A stretch of 64,000 nucleotides of DNA from a virus, in the IMG/VR virus record IMGVR_UViG_3300027722_000005, positions 23,741-87,740 of that record; one strand, written 5' to 3'. The notes under the pieces are model-generated. The model saw nothing but the letters and a program-made list of their open reading frames with translations. It was not told where the DNA came from and ran no database searches. Shown piece by piece: positions 9,714 through 19,638 of the stretch. How positions within the stretch are numbered: position 1 is the first letter of the stretch; each line of letters opens with the position of its first letter. The position numbers were made by a program, and so were the translations under genes.

Positions 9714-10677
9714 TGGCGTTTGTCTCCATTTCTGCCAGCCTGAGACGGGACGGGTCAAAGTACAGCGCCCAGGTGTGGCGCCCCTGGTCGCCGCGTTGCT
9801 TGAGCATCCGCACGAACATTAGCGCCTCGCTCACGGTGTACTCTTTGCCGCTCTCCGCCTTGAACCTGTGCCCGATCTCGTGGTCCCTGGCCGGTCGCCA
9901 CAGGCCGAACACCTTGTCGCACGTTTGCTCGATAGAGCTGGCCCACTGCGCGTCAAACATTTCGGGTATGTGGTCGTTGCGCTTGTCGGCCTCGCGGCTG
10001 GCCTGCACGCCACAAACGGCCGGGGCACCAAGGCGAAGCGCAACCTCCTTGATGCGGATGGGCGCCTCTGTGACCTGTTGCACTCGCTCGCTGGCATTCT
10101 TGATGGGTATGATTTGCAGGTAGTCAAAGAGCATCAGGGTTGGCCTGACGCCAAAGTCCTGTTCCATCGACTCGATGGCCGCCAGCACGATCTCGGGTGT
10201 CATGCGCGGCGGGTTCTTGCCCACGCGGCCGATACCGTGCCCCACGATCCAGATGGGATGCCCACCGCCCTTGACGGCCTGGCGCCGAATGGTATCCAGA
10301 TCCACGCGCCCCCAGGCCACGTCAGAGACGGAATAGCTAAACCCGTAGGCATCGGCAAGCAGCATTGCGGAGATTTCCTCACTTGCCTGCTCCCACGATA
10401 CGTATACCACGGCCTCGCGTTCAGCCGCGCCGCGCTTGATGATGCGGTTGGCCTCCTGGCGGGCAAGGTAGGCCAGCAGCGAGGTCTTGCCGTGCCCTGG
10501 TCGGCCCATGATAGCGATCAGCTCGCCGGGCCGCATAGGGATCACCCGCTTGTCGATAACCGGCAAGCCCCACGGTATGCCGGGGTCGTCTTTCGCCCGC
10601 TCTGCCCAGCGTACATAGTCACTCATCATTTCGGCGGGCGTGTGTACCAACTGCCGAACGTCCTGGCCGTTTGCCAT
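9697..10677 (-). CDS. DnaB-like replicative helicase (C-terminal domain only)
   Basis: GRPGHGKT Walker A, FDYLQ Walker B, SIEQTCD, LKQR. Confidence 0.9.
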   Translation of the reverse strand: MANGQDVRQLVHTPAEMMSDYVRWAERAKDDPGIPWGLPVIDKRVIPMRPGELIAIMGRPGHGKTSLLAYLARQEANRIIKRGAAEREAVVYVSWEQASEEISAMLLADAYGFSYSVSDVAWGRVDLDTIRRQAVKGGGHPIWIVGHGIGRVGKNPPRMTPEIVLAAIESMEQDFGVRPTLMLFDYLQIIPIKNASERVQQVTEAPIRIKEVALRLGAPAVCGVQASREADKRNDHIPEMFDAQWASSIEQTCDKVFGLWRPARDHEIGHRFKAESGKEYTVSEALMFVRMLKQRGDQGRHTWALYFDPSRLRLAEMETNANDRDF

Positions 10678-10678
10678 A

Positions 10679-11602
10679 CTATATCCCCCTCACGGTTGAC
10701 TGTGCCGGCGGCGGCTGCTTGCCGTTGCGGTAGCCATCGCCGGGTAACTCGTTGCGCCTGTAGTGGTCTAGCATCCCCTCAACATTCATCGGGTTCCAGC
10801 CCAGGCCAACCCACTTCTTGACCACCCTGCCCCAGAACTCCAGGCGGGCCGGGTCGGTGCCCACGGTGCTTGCTATGTCGGCATACCAGCTCTTGGGCGG
10901 GTAGCGGCTCGCATTGTCGCGGAACATGCCTATTGCCTTGTGCGGCGGGTCTTTCCTCTTTGCCCGTGTACCCCCACTGTCCTTCTTTCCACCAGCGGGC
11001 GCGCCGGGTGCAACCCGCGCTACCTGGGTTTCCTTTTGGGTTTCTAATTGGGTTTCTTTGTTGCTGTCGGACGTTACCCCTGATGCAATGTCGGACATTA
11101 GGTCTGATGTAATGTCGGACGTTACCCCTTGCGCCTGTTCCGGCTGCTGCTTTTGCGCCCTCGCAACCGTCGCCGCCTCAATGGCCGCCCTTGTCCTTTC
11201 GGCGTTCTGTTCGTCTGCTGCCTGCTTGCGGTGCGCAAGTCCTGCCCAGTCTATCTTGTCGGGGTTATCCTGAATCTCGAACATCTGTCCGAGTATGTTG
11301 GGCTTGCCAATCTTGAGAAGTACCCGGAATTCATCTAGCGTTACCAGCGCCTCGCGCACGGCCTGGGTACTAAGCCCGCAGCCCAGGCAAAGAATGTCGC
11401 CTGCCTCGTTCCGCTTCCCATCCGTGAATACTGACAGGGCGATTCTAGAACGGCGGTCGGCAATCTTGTTGTGCCAGCCGTAAATCTCGCGGATGGCCTT
11501 GTTCAATACCTTTTCCTCGGCGGGCGTCAAGTAGTAGGATAGCCGATCAATATAGACGTTCGGGTGCTGGAACGAGTTAGGGATAAGGCCGCTATCTGTC
11601 AT
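10679..11602 (-). CDS. Phage replication initiator (lambda O-like)
   Basis: N-terminal wHTH-like region (IREIYGW), repeat-rich linker, next to helicase. Confidence 0.75.
   Translation of the reverse strand: MTDSGLIPNSFQHPNVYIDRLSYYLTPAEEKVLNKAIREIYGWHNKIADRRSRIALSVFTDGKRNEAGDILCLGCGLSTQAVREALVTLDEFRVLLKIGKPNILGQMFEIQDNPDKIDWAGLAHRKQAADEQNAERTRAAIEAATVARAQKQQPEQAQGVTSDITSDLMSDIASGVTSDSNKETQLETQKETQVARVAPGAPAGGKKDSGGTRAKRKDPPHKAIGMFRDNASRYPPKSWYADIASTVGTDPARLEFWGRVVKKWVGLGWNPMNVEGMLDHYRRNELPGDGYRNGKQPPPAQSTVRGI
11025..11129. repeat. Probable origin iterons inside the initiator gene
   Basis: TGTCGGAC(G/A)TTA at 11065, 11089, 11113 (24-bp period); TGGGTTTC at 11025, 11037, 11049 (12-bp period). 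Confidence 0.75.
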
Positions 11603-12540
11603 GCCGGCCTCGCCGTGCGCAGGAACGCCTTAAAGTCGCTGGCCGTCCCGCCGTAGAGCACAAAGAAGTCATCCGGCTTGGTGGGCAACTCTACCACGCG
11701 CCCGCGCCCCTTGAACATCCCGGCGACCTCCGCCGCCTTGTCTATGGCACCCGGGTCATAGGCGACATAGACGGTCCCGAACTTGCCGAATTTGCCAGCC
11801 CATTCAGGCTTGAAACTATTGGCGCCCATCGTGCCCACGGCCGGCAGTCCGACCTCCTGGTCAAGCACGATGGTCTTGATCTCGCCCTCTAAGATGAGCG
11901 CCTGTCCACCACTGGCGGCGCAAAGGCTATCCGTGTTGTAGAGCATGGCGGGCAGGCCGGCCAGCTCGGGGCGGTACTTGCCCGTGCCATTGGGCCTGAG
12001 CAGCCGGTGACGGATGTGGTACAACTTGCCGCCGGAAAAGAATGGGATTGTAAGGCTGTCAGACTGTGACGCGGTAGGGCAGCTCGGGCAGTAGCCCAGC
12101 TTGCGGCGGGCGATGCTCTGGTAGGACACGCCGTAATGGTCGTGCCAGTAGTCAACGGCTTGCCCGTTTGTGTTCAGGTTGGCATGATAGCGTTCGACGA
12201 CATCAGCCATGCCCGCGATTTGCTCCAGGGCTGATGTGCGCCGTTGCAGGTCTTCGATTGCGCGGCGGTCGCGTTCCCGCTCGCATTGCTCCTGGCGCTG
12301 TACCCATTCAAGCTGCCTTACCCGCGCTTCCAGGTCTTCCTCGTTAAGCCAGCCCTTGGCGCCACATTTGCGGCAGCTATAGTTTCCCTCTTGCCAGATC
12401 AAAAAGCCATCCTCTGTTGCCATAGCGCAGAACGGACAGGCGGATGCCGCCTCCTTTGGCGTCTTCACCTTAAAGTGAAGCCCCGGCCACCTTGCCTGTG
12501 CTTTGTCGATTGACTGTACCAGATCCGCCGATGGTTGCAT
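11599..12540 (-). CDS. DNA primase (zinc finger plus TOPRIM)
   Basis: CPFC...CRKC; ILEGEIK; VAYD; KPDD. Confidence 0.8.
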   Translation of the reverse strand: MQPSADLVQSIDKAQARWPGLHFKVKTPKEAASACPFCAMATEDGFLIWQEGNYSCRKCGAKGWLNEEDLEARVRQLEWVQRQEQCERERDRRAIEDLQRRTSALEQIAGMADVVERYHANLNTNGQAVDYWHDHYGVSYQSIARRKLGYCPSCPTASQSDSLTIPFFSGGKLYHIRHRLLRPNGTGKYRPELAGLPAMLYNTDSLCAASGGQALILEGEIKTIVLDQEVGLPAVGTMGANSFKPEWAGKFGKFGTVYVAYDPGAIDKAAEVAGMFKGRGRVVELPTKPDDFFVLYGGTASDFKAFLRTARPA

Positions 12541-12620
12541 GATAAATCCCCCTCTTTGTGAGTATTGTTCGCTTGGGGGCGTCTCTCCCCGCGCCGCCTC
12601 CTCGGCCGGCCCGGGTGCTG

Positions 12621-12836
12621 CTACTCGCAGCTATACCACCTGTCGAAGCCGGTGATTTCCGGCGGCTCGGCGGCGCTGCTGTAGATTTCCAGTGTGCCAT
12701 CCTGCGTGACGCGAATTTCCATGCTGTGCCCCTCGCGGTCCTTGCCCGCCTCGCTCGTAGTAACGTAGACTGTCACGTACTCGCCGCGATTCAGATAAAC
12801 GGCATCGATGTCGATTCTTGCCTGTGCCTGTTTCAT
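12621..12836 (-). CDS. Hypothetical protein
   Basis: GAAAGGAG RBS. Confidence 0.6.
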   Translation of the reverse strand: MKQAQARIDIDAVYLNRGEYVTVYVTTSEAGKDREGHSMEIRVTQDGTLEIYSSAAEPPEITGFDRWYSCE

Positions 12837-12862
12837 CGCTCTCCTTTCCGGCCCGTGCGGCG

Positions 12863-13060
12863 CTACTCTCGCTGCCAGATGTCGCCGTCCGAGGCGATGG
12901 CGATAAGCTGGCCGTCATCGTCCCAGATGCCGTAGGGCTCGCCCTCGCGCTCGTTCCCCAGGGCTTCGGCGCGTGCCTCTTCGATGGTGTCAAAGAATGG
13001 GTCGTCCAGGTGATAGTGGACCAGGTCGCCCACCTGGTATGGGCCGATGTGTTCGCTCAT
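12863..13060 (-). CDS. Small acidic hypothetical protein
   Basis: ATGA overlap; MSEHIGPYQVGD... Confidence 0.6.
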   Translation of the reverse strand: MSEHIGPYQVGDLVHYHLDDPFFDTIEEARAEALGNEREGEPYGIWDDDGQLIAIASDGDIWQRE

Positions 13061-13305
13061 TTCTCCCCCTCTTCCGGCGTCTCTTCCGGCGCCAGTCGTG
13101 CCCCGCAGATGGGGCAGTAGTTCAGAAACAAGGTGCTCTGCCCCTTCTCTGCTACCTTGTGCGTCGGGGTCAGCTTGTAAAGCCTCACGCACCATTGGCC
13201 TACCTTCATCTGCATCTTGTCATCGTAGGTGATAGGCCGGTAAAACGTTCCCTTGTACTTCTCGTGCAGTTGTTCCAGGATACCGCAACAAGTCTTGCCG
13301 CTCAT
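13057..13305 (-). CDS. Hypothetical protein (NYCPICG motif)
   Basis: CC...YCPICGARL; ATGA overlap. Confidence 0.65.
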   Translation of the reverse strand: MSGKTCCGILEQLHEKYKGTFYRPITYDDKMQMKVGQWCVRLYKLTPTHKVAEKGQSTLFLNYCPICGARLAPEETPEEGEK

Positions 13306-13610
13306 CTCTCCCCCTCCCCGTGTGCAGTCTCGCTCGACTCCGCGCTCGCCAGCTCTGCCCGCGCCAGAAGCACCGGGCAGTTGGCCTCGTGCTCAAACTG
13401 GATGGCCTGGTGCGCAATATCCTGCCAGGCGTCGCAGTAGGCGCAGCTCCAGCCGTGGGCTTCATAGTCATAGTATACAGCATCGTCGTCTTCTACCAGC
13501 GCATGCAGCAGCCCTTCCAGCCGCTCGGCGCGCCGCTCCGCCGCCTGTGCCCGGCGCAATGCCAGCGCAGCGGCTTCGGCCATGGCGTTGCCTCCCCATT
13601 CGTCGCTCAT
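13302..13610 (-). CDS. Hypothetical protein
   Basis: CAYC...HEANC motif; ATGA overlap. Confidence 0.6.
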   Translation of the reverse strand: MSDEWGGNAMAEAAALALRRAQAAERRAERLEGLLHALVEDDDAVYYDYEAHGWSCAYCDAWQDIAHQAIQFEHEANCPVLLARAELASAESSETAHGEGER

Positions 13611-13813
13611 TTCTCCCCCTCTGTCCTGGCGATGGCGTGCTTGGGCACCAGGACCACGGCGCCCGCCTGAAACTGGCGCCCGCCGGGTAGCCTCGCGTCG
13701 GCCAGTAGCTTGACGCGGTATCGCTTGGGCGTCTCGCCTACGACTTCAACGGGAATTCTGGATCGTCCGGCCCAGCCGTCTAGCAGTAGGACCGCGTTCC
13801 CCTGCTCGCTCAT
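13607..13813 (-). CDS. Hypothetical protein
   Basis: RBS and start MSEQGNAVLL. Confidence 0.6.
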   Translation of the reverse strand: MSEQGNAVLLLDGWAGRSRIPVEVVGETPKRYRVKLLADARLPGGRQFQAGAVVLVPKHAIARTEGEK

Positions 13814-13833
13814 CGTTCGCTCCCTTCTCTCGC

Positions 13834-14148
13834 CTACGCCCTGCCGCCGATGCAGTAGCGGTCGAACATCAAGAAACAACTGGCCAGGCTCGGCTGCAAC
13901 TCGAACGTTGCAGCGTCGATCTCGGCGTCGGCCACGGTCAGAAGGGCGCGCATGAACGGAGCGCCCACGCCCTCCAGGTTGAACCGCTCGCCCAGGAAGC
14001 GGGCGATCACGTATCCGGTGCATGGCTGGTCCTTGAGCGCGGCGATCTTGTTGAAGTCGCGGACGGTGGCTACGATGTGGCTAAAGCCCTCGGGCCACAC
14101 GGCGGTGATAAACTCACGGGCGGCGGCGATCTCTTCTGCCCTTGTCAT
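13834..14148 (-). CDS. Hypothetical protein
   Basis: GAAGGAG RBS downstream of a consensus promoter. Confidence 0.65.
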   Translation of the reverse strand: MTRAEEIAAAREFITAVWPEGFSHIVATVRDFNKIAALKDQPCTGYVIARFLGERFNLEGVGAPFMRALLTVADAEIDAATFELQPSLASCFLMFDRYCIGGRA

Positions 14149-14184
14149 GGTCGGTGCTCCCTTCCCTTCGTTCAGACTGGCTAC

Positions 14185-14298
14185 ATTGTACCACATAGTT
14201 GCTATCCTGTCAAGTATAACTGCTATCATGTATGGACCAATTTCTGACTTCTTCTTGACAATTGCGAAAGTAGGGTGTATAATACTAGTCAGACTAGT
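14185..14298. promoter_or_regulatory. Divergent consensus sigma70 promoters with operator-like ACTAGT-cag-ACTAGT
   Basis: Plus: TTGACA 14255, 17 nt, TATAAT 14278. Minus: TTGACA 14213-14208, 17 nt, TACAAT 14190-14185. Confidence 0.8.
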
Positions 14299-14319
14299 AG
14301 ATAGTAAAGGGGAGAGAGT

Positions 14320-14550
14320 ATGGCGATAACGTTTCGGCTTGAAGATGTGCTCTGGGAAAAGAGAACGACGCAGGCGGAGCTGGCGCGAACAACCGGCCTG
14401 GCTTACCAGACGGTCAACGCTATCCACACGAACCGCGCCAAGAGGGTCACGCTCGAAACGCTCGACGCCATTTGTACTGCCCTTGGCGTTCAGCCGGGCG
14501 AATTGATGGCCTGGAAGCCAGGACCGCAGAACCCCCCGCCCGACGCCTAG
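14320..14550 (+). CDS. Cro/C1-type HTH regulator
   Basis: TQAELARTTGLAYQTVNAI...TLDAICTALGVQPGEL. Confidence 0.9.
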   Translation: MAITFRLEDVLWEKRTTQAELARTTGLAYQTVNAIHTNRAKRVTLETLDAICTALGVQPGELMAWKPGPQNPPPDA

Positions 14551-14635
14551 CCCGCGCCGCTCGCCCCTGCCGCCGTGGTGGCGGCTGCTTCGCGTTGTCA
14601 TGGTAGGGACTCCAGCAGTTGCCGGCCGATCCATT

Positions 14636-15058
14636 TCACGGCGCCCTGTACCTGCTAATGATGAGGTCTGCAAATTCAAGTAACTCCTCGGCGCTTGACC
14701 CCCGCGGGTGCAGAGATACACGCAATTCGAGATTAGTGATGTCATTATCGTTTTTGATACCGTTTTTGTGATGGACGGTTTCGCCGGGAAACAATTTCCG
14801 TCCCAAGTGTTCCTCCATGATCAACCGATGGACCAACTGCCCCTGTCTAAATCCATCTATGCGCCGCCTGACATAGCCCCTCTCGTCAATATAATCATGG
14901 CACTTCGGTTCGTACTTATCCGTTGTTCCCCTTCGCTGAAATCTTTTCCAGTGGATATGGCACATACCATGACTTGCAACCTGTCTTTGGCAATCTTCAA
15001 CGGAGCACGGCGTCTTCTTTTTCCTTGGATAACTCGCTAGGAATTTTTCGCTTTTCAC
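14636..15058 (-). CDS. HNH homing endonuclease
   Basis: VHRLIME...[16 protein letters not shown]; N-terminal CSVEDC...CHIH finger. Confidence 0.9.
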   Translation of the reverse strand: MKSEKFLASYPRKKKTPCSVEDCQRQVASHGMCHIHWKRFQRRGTTDKYEPKCHDYIDERGYVRRRIDGFRQGQLVHRLIMEEHLGRKLFPGETVHHKNGIKNDNDITNLELRVSLHPRGSSAEELLEFADLIISRYRAP

Positions 15059-15696
15059 TCCCCCACCCCTATAGCCCGCCGTAATTGCAAACCTATGAAT
15101 TCCGTATAGGCCGGCGGGATGGCCTGGCGCATCTCATCGCGCGTCATCCAGTCGATACCAAGTGCCTGCCTGGGGTCCTGTCCCTTTATTACGCCAGAAA
15201 CCCCGCCGCTGTGGCGATACTTGTATGCCATTGTCGCCCCTCCGTGAAACATCGGCTTGTGCCCCGGACACGGCGGGAACAGCAGCAGAATATTGCTCTC
15301 AAAGCGGCGGTGTCTTACCAGGGGCAGGCCCAGCGCCGCGCCACACAGCAGCGCCCCGTTAAGTGGACTGTCAGCCACGTTCTCGATAACCCACGGCTTG
15401 CCGGTCGCCTCCAGCAGCTCACGCACCGGGTCAATCAGCAGCGGATACTCGCGCCCCCTGAGCCATGGCAGGTGCCGCATCCGGCTGTACCCCTGGCACG
15501 GCGGGCTCGCGTGGATCACGTCAAACTCGTGCCCGTGCGCCGCGACGTACTCCAGGGCGTCGGCCTGGTGAAACTCGAACGGATAGTGCGGCTGGGGCTC
15601 GATGTCCACCCCCACCACGTCAAAGCCGGCGCGGTGATAGCCCATCGCTGCCCCGCCGGCGCCACAGAAGAGATCGAGCAAGCGCGGCGTTGTCAT
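15055..15696 (-). CDS. DNA (cytosine-5)-methyltransferase, short form
   Basis: [25 protein letters not shown]. Confidence 0.9.
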   Translation of the reverse strand: MTTPRLLDLFCGAGGAAMGYHRAGFDVVGVDIEPQPHYPFEFHQADALEYVAAHGHEFDVIHASPPCQGYSRMRHLPWLRGREYPLLIDPVRELLEATGKPWVIENVADSPLNGALLCGAALGLPLVRHRRFESNILLLFPPCPGHKPMFHGGATMAYKYRHSGGVSGVIKGQDPRQALGIDWMTRDEMRQAIPPAYTEFIGLQLRRAIGVGE

Positions 15697-16025
15697 TCGG
15701 CGTCGCCCCCGTCGCACACGGCGTAACGCACTGCCGCCCGCCAGTCGTCTACCCCCACTCGCACGCCGCCCCGGTACTGCGCCAGTCGCTCCGCCCACGC
15801 TTGCAGCTCGCCCGCTCGCGTCGCGTCCCTGTCGGCCATGGCGTCTCTTGCCGCCGCCGCGTGTGCCGTCCAGGGTAGCCGAGCCGTCGCCGCCAGGACG
15901 TGCGCCGCGGTGATGGCCGTCGCGCCTGCGTCGATAGCGAGGCGCTTGGCTGCGTTGGCAGCCGGCAGGCGGGCGTCGGCGGGGAGACGGGATAGGAGGC
16001 GACGGGCGGTGGCGGTGATGGTCAT
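15693..16025 (-). CDS. Ala-rich hypothetical protein
   Basis: ATGA overlaps on both sides. Confidence 0.5.
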   Translation of the reverse strand: MTITATARRLLSRLPADARLPAANAAKRLAIDAGATAITAAHVLAATARLPWTAHAAAARDAMADRDATRAGELQAWAERLAQYRGGVRVGVDDWRAAVRYAVCDGGDAE

Positions 16026-18328
16026 GGGGCAAGTTCTGCCTGCTGTTCCGCTGCCCAGGTGAACAGGTCGGGCATGTTGGTCTGTGCCTCGATGGCTTGC
16101 ATGTTCTTGACCAGCACGTCAAAGTATTCCGGCTTGAGTTCGCACAGGGCGGCCCGGCGGCCGAGCTTGACGGCCATGTATCCCTCGCTGCCGATCCCGC
16201 CGAACGGGGTAAGGACCGTCTCGCCCGGGTTGGAGTAGAGTTTGATGCACCGCTCGATTGTGCCGAGCTGCAAGGGGCAAATGTGCTTTTCGTCGTCTTC
16301 GCCCCGGGCCACGCTGTATTGCAGGGTGTCAGTCTCTTGGATGCCAAGCCAGATCCCGTGAGCCCACTCGATCCACGTCTCGTTGTCCATCTCGCCATGG
16401 GCAACCGGCGTAACGGGCACGGCGTTGTCGCCCGGCTTTTTGAAGATGATCACCTGATCGATGAGGGCGGGCCGGCTGTCTGCTGAGTCCTTGCGGAGTT
16501 GCACAAACAGCAGCGCCTTGCTTTTGACGCGGATGGCCTGTGCCTGAGGATTCTTCTGGACAAACGCCCGCCCGGTGAAAACCCAGCCCTCCGCCTCATA
16601 AGCGCGGATGACCTCGCCCGGGAAGTCTCGGACGCCAATATAGCCATCCCGGCTTGCCATCGCCGGAATATCCGATGTGTGAACGCAGGTCAAGCGGCCT
16701 GGCTTCGTAACGCGCAGCACGTCGCGGATGATGTAGCGGTAGTGGGCAAAGAACTGCCCCCAGTCCCGGCTGTTGCCCAGGTCGCGCTCGCTGTCGGTGT
16801 AGGTGTAGAGGTCCGCAAAGGGCGGGGAGTACACCGACAAGTCAATCGAGTTGTCGTCAAGCTCGCGCAGCCGTTCCACGGAATCGCCTAGCATGGCCGT
16901 CCAGTTCTGGCCGTATTCGGTACGCTGTCGGTAGTCAAAGGTTTGTGGGTCGGTCATGGTCAATTCTCCTTCCTCGTATTCGCGGATCTGCTCAATAAGC
17001 CCCCGGCGGAGTCGGGTTGCCATTGCATCCTTGCGCTGGATGTTGTGATAGATTTCGGCCTCCAGGTCAGATAGGATTGCATGAACGTTAACCGGCAGGG
17101 TCTGCCCGAAACGGTATTCCCGGCGGATGCCCTGATACCAGGTTTCCCATGAATCGTTGAGACCGAAAAAGGCCATGTTGCGGGCGTTCTGGAAGTTCAT
17201 CCCGAACCCGCCGATCCTGAGTTTGGTCACAAGCGCCCGGTGCCGGCCGTCCTGGAACGCCTCGAAGGTGGCCGCCTTGTACTCTGGCGAGTCCGAACCC
17301 TTGACCTCGACGGCACCAGGCAGGGCGTCGGTTACGGCCCGGCTTTCATCCTCCAGGCCAACCCACACGATCCACTGTTCGCCATCGTTGCCTACCAGGT
17401 CACGAAGAAGATCGAGGCGGGCATCTATAGTCCGCCGGCGGGTCGCGGCCCGGTCGGCTATGCCTTTCAGGTGGGTGAAAAAGAGCTGATCGTCGGATGC
17501 GTACTCCGCCTTGACGAAGTGAGGGATGATATTCAGATCGGGCAGGATAAAGCCGTTATCATCATAGCCAAGATCGCTTGGCTTGGTGATGCTCATGGCC
17601 CAAGATGCAAGCCAGCGAAAGAATGGCTTTTCGGCCGGGTGCTTGAGCCGCCATTCCTGGCCGCCCTTGTTGCTCCCCTTGCGCCTCCACGCCTTGCCGC
17701 TGTCATCGATGTAGGTATGCTCCAGGTTGGCATTGATGAAAAACATGGCCCGCATCTCGGCTTCGGTGCAAACCCCCAAGAATTCGGCATGGTTGCCAAG
17801 CTCTGTCATGTCGTTGGGCGCCGGTGTGGCGGTACAGGCCAGGCGGTAGGGTGTATCGGCGAACATGGCGGTTAGCTTCCGGCGGGTCACGCCCGATAGC
17901 GCCTTGAGGATGCTCGATTCATCCAGTACCACGGCGCCAAAGGCGGCGGGGTCAAACTCGCTCACCATCTCATAGTTGGTGATGTTGATCCCGCCCGCCA
18001 AGTCGGAACCGGAACGGGTGTAATGAATGTCCATGCCCAACTTGCGGGCCTCGCGCACGGTTTGGCGAGCCACAGACAGGGGGGCGACAATCAGGGCTCG
18101 CTCGCCAATCAGCCGTGCCCATTCGAGTTGGATGAACGTCTTGCCCAGGCCGGTATCGGCAAAGACGGCGGCCCGGCCCTTGCGGATGGCCCAACTTGCA
18201 ATGTCTCTCTGAAAGCCAAAGAGGATCGGATTGATAGCAGCCGGGTCAATATCCTTGCCCGTCGCCCCGTGAAACCGCACCTTGGAAGACAAGAATTCCT
18301 GGTAGCCCACGGCCCCCGCGCCGCTCAT
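16022..18328 (-). CDS. SNF2-like helicase fused to N4/N6 DNA methyltransferase
   Basis: DTGLGKT, LDES, TATP, GMNFQ, then SPPF and PFGGIGS. Confidence 0.9.
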   Translation of the reverse strand: MSGAGAVGYQEFLSSKVRFHGATGKDIDPAAINPILFGFQRDIASWAIRKGRAAVFADTGLGKTFIQLEWARLIGERALIVAPLSVARQTVREARKLGMDIHYTRSGSDLAGGINITNYEMVSEFDPAAFGAVVLDESSILKALSGVTRRKLTAMFADTPYRLACTATPAPNDMTELGNHAEFLGVCTEAEMRAMFFINANLEHTYIDDSGKAWRRKGSNKGGQEWRLKHPAEKPFFRWLASWAMSITKPSDLGYDDNGFILPDLNIIPHFVKAEYASDDQLFFTHLKGIADRAATRRRTIDARLDLLRDLVGNDGEQWIVWVGLEDESRAVTDALPGAVEVKGSDSPEYKAATFEAFQDGRHRALVTKLRIGGFGMNFQNARNMAFFGLNDSWETWYQGIRREYRFGQTLPVNVHAILSDLEAEIYHNIQRKDAMATRLRRGLIEQIREYEEGELTMTDPQTFDYRQRTEYGQNWTAMLGDSVERLRELDDNSIDLSVYSPPFADLYTYTDSERDLGNSRDWGQFFAHYRYIIRDVLRVTKPGRLTCVHTSDIPAMASRDGYIGVRDFPGEVIRAYEAEGWVFTGRAFVQKNPQAQAIRVKSKALLFVQLRKDSADSRPALIDQVIIFKKPGDNAVPVTPVAHGEMDNETWIEWAHGIWLGIQETDTLQYSVARGEDDEKHICPLQLGTIERCIKLYSNPGETVLTPFGGIGSEGYMAVKLGRRAALCELKPEYFDVLVKNMQAIEAQTNMPDLFTWAAEQQAELAP

Positions 18329-18522
18329 CGCACTTCCTCCAGTGCCCGCCCCTCGTAGAACCGGCGGTTGCGCTCGGCTTGCTGCGCTTCTTGCTCGTGC
18401 CGCTCCCGGGCCTGTTCCCGCCGCGCGCGTTGCCATGCCTGCCACAGAAGGACGGGTGCCAGGACCAGCGCCACGGTGCAGGCGGCGGCCACGACCAGGA
18501 CTTGCAGGGTTGACTCGATCAT
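18325..18522 (-). CDS. Small membrane-anchored protein
   Basis: N-terminal TM; GAAAGGA RBS. Confidence 0.55.
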   Translation of the reverse strand: MIESTLQVLVVAAACTVALVLAPVLLWQAWQRARREQARERHEQEAQQAERNRRFYEGRALEEVR

Positions 18523-18557
18523 GGTTCTATCCTTTCGCGCGGTGTCATCACTTGCGC

Positions 18558-18839
18558 TCAGTCAACCCGCCGAAACTTCAGCGAGCGGCGCAAATACTCA
18601 AAACCCCCTCTGGTGATTGGGAAATCTTGAATTACGTCATCATTCGTATCGAGTATGTCCAAAACAATGTGCGAGCCGTCGTCTACCAGTCCACCCGTTG
18701 CCCGAAGGCGGCGCAGCCACAGCTCACACCCGGACCACGCCCCGCCCGGAAAGGTGCAGGCTTCATAGTACCGGAACTTGTCAGCGATGATCCGAACCGG
18801 CCTAATCGCATATGCTCTCGGGTCCAAATCAATCGACAT
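18558..18839 (-). CDS. Hypothetical protein
   Basis: ORF MSIDLDPRAY... Confidence 0.55.
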   Translation of the reverse strand: MSIDLDPRAYAIRPVRIIADKFRYYEACTFPGGAWSGCELWLRRLRATGGLVDDGSHIVLDILDTNDDVIQDFPITRGGFEYLRRSLKFRRVD

Positions 18840-18886
18840 TCCTGCTACCCCTCTCTGCGCCTTCCATTGTTTGCACCCCCTGGCGA

Positions 18887-19108
18887 TCATTCTACTGCTC
18901 TCCCTTCCTTTGCCAGCAGCATCGAGACCTTGATCTCGTTTGCTGCTCTCTGCATGTCAGACAGGTAGACCAGGACAAGATCCCGGTTGCCCCTGCCCAG
19001 TGCCTCGCGGGCCTTGCTGCCCAAGTGCTCGATAGTCATGGCGGCGGCCAGTGCCTCGCACCGGCTCGCCTCGGCGTTCTTGGGCCACCGCTTAGCTGGG
19101 GTTGTCAT
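18887..19108 (-). CDS. Hypothetical protein
   Basis: 73-aa ORF in operon orientation. Confidence 0.5.
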   Translation of the reverse strand: MTTPAKRWPKNAEASRCEALAAAMTIEHLGSKAREALGRGNRDLVLVYLSDMQRAANEIKVSMLLAKEGRAVE

Positions 19109-19499
19109 CGCTCCGCCCTCTGCCTTCCAACTCCCGGCGCAATTCCCGGCGGTTAGCGGAATCGTTCAGCAGCGAGCGAAGGACGACGGGCGTACCGGCG
19201 ACGGCAAACCCGGCCGCGAACCACAATGCCCATTCAGGCCGGGCGATGCCAAGTGCGACCAGGACCAGCGAGTCGCCAATGATGACGGTTAGCCAGGTGA
19301 AGTCGCTGACAAAGTTCCATTCCCGCTCGCTCCATTCCAAGAGCAGGGCGTAGCCGATGCCCCAGGGCAGAAGCGCCAGAAGCGCGGCCCCCAGGGTGCG
19401 CACGGTGAGCAGGTAGGCCAGGGCGCCGAGCGATAGCCCGGTAAGCGCCCCATAAGCTGCCAACTGTAGACTTCGTGACAACTTCGTGATATTATCCAT
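19092..19499 (-). CDS. Four-TM membrane protein
   Basis: Four hydrophobic segments. Confidence 0.6.
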   Translation of the reverse strand: MDNITKLSRSLQLAAYGALTGLSLGALAYLLTVRTLGAALLALLPWGIGYALLLEWSEREWNFVSDFTWLTVIIGDSLVLVALGIARPEWALWFAAGFAVAGTPVVLRSLLNDSANRRELRRELEGRGRSDDNPS

Positions 19500-19638
19500 A
19501 GTGACAGTACCTTACAAACTGAATGATGTGAACGATAACAATAAGAACGAATGTGCCAGGGCCGCTTGTCGCCGGTTCCCCGCTGCCACGGGGCCGCGAT
19601 GCCCGACCTTTCCCCGGCGGGCGGCCCTGGCGTAGTGG

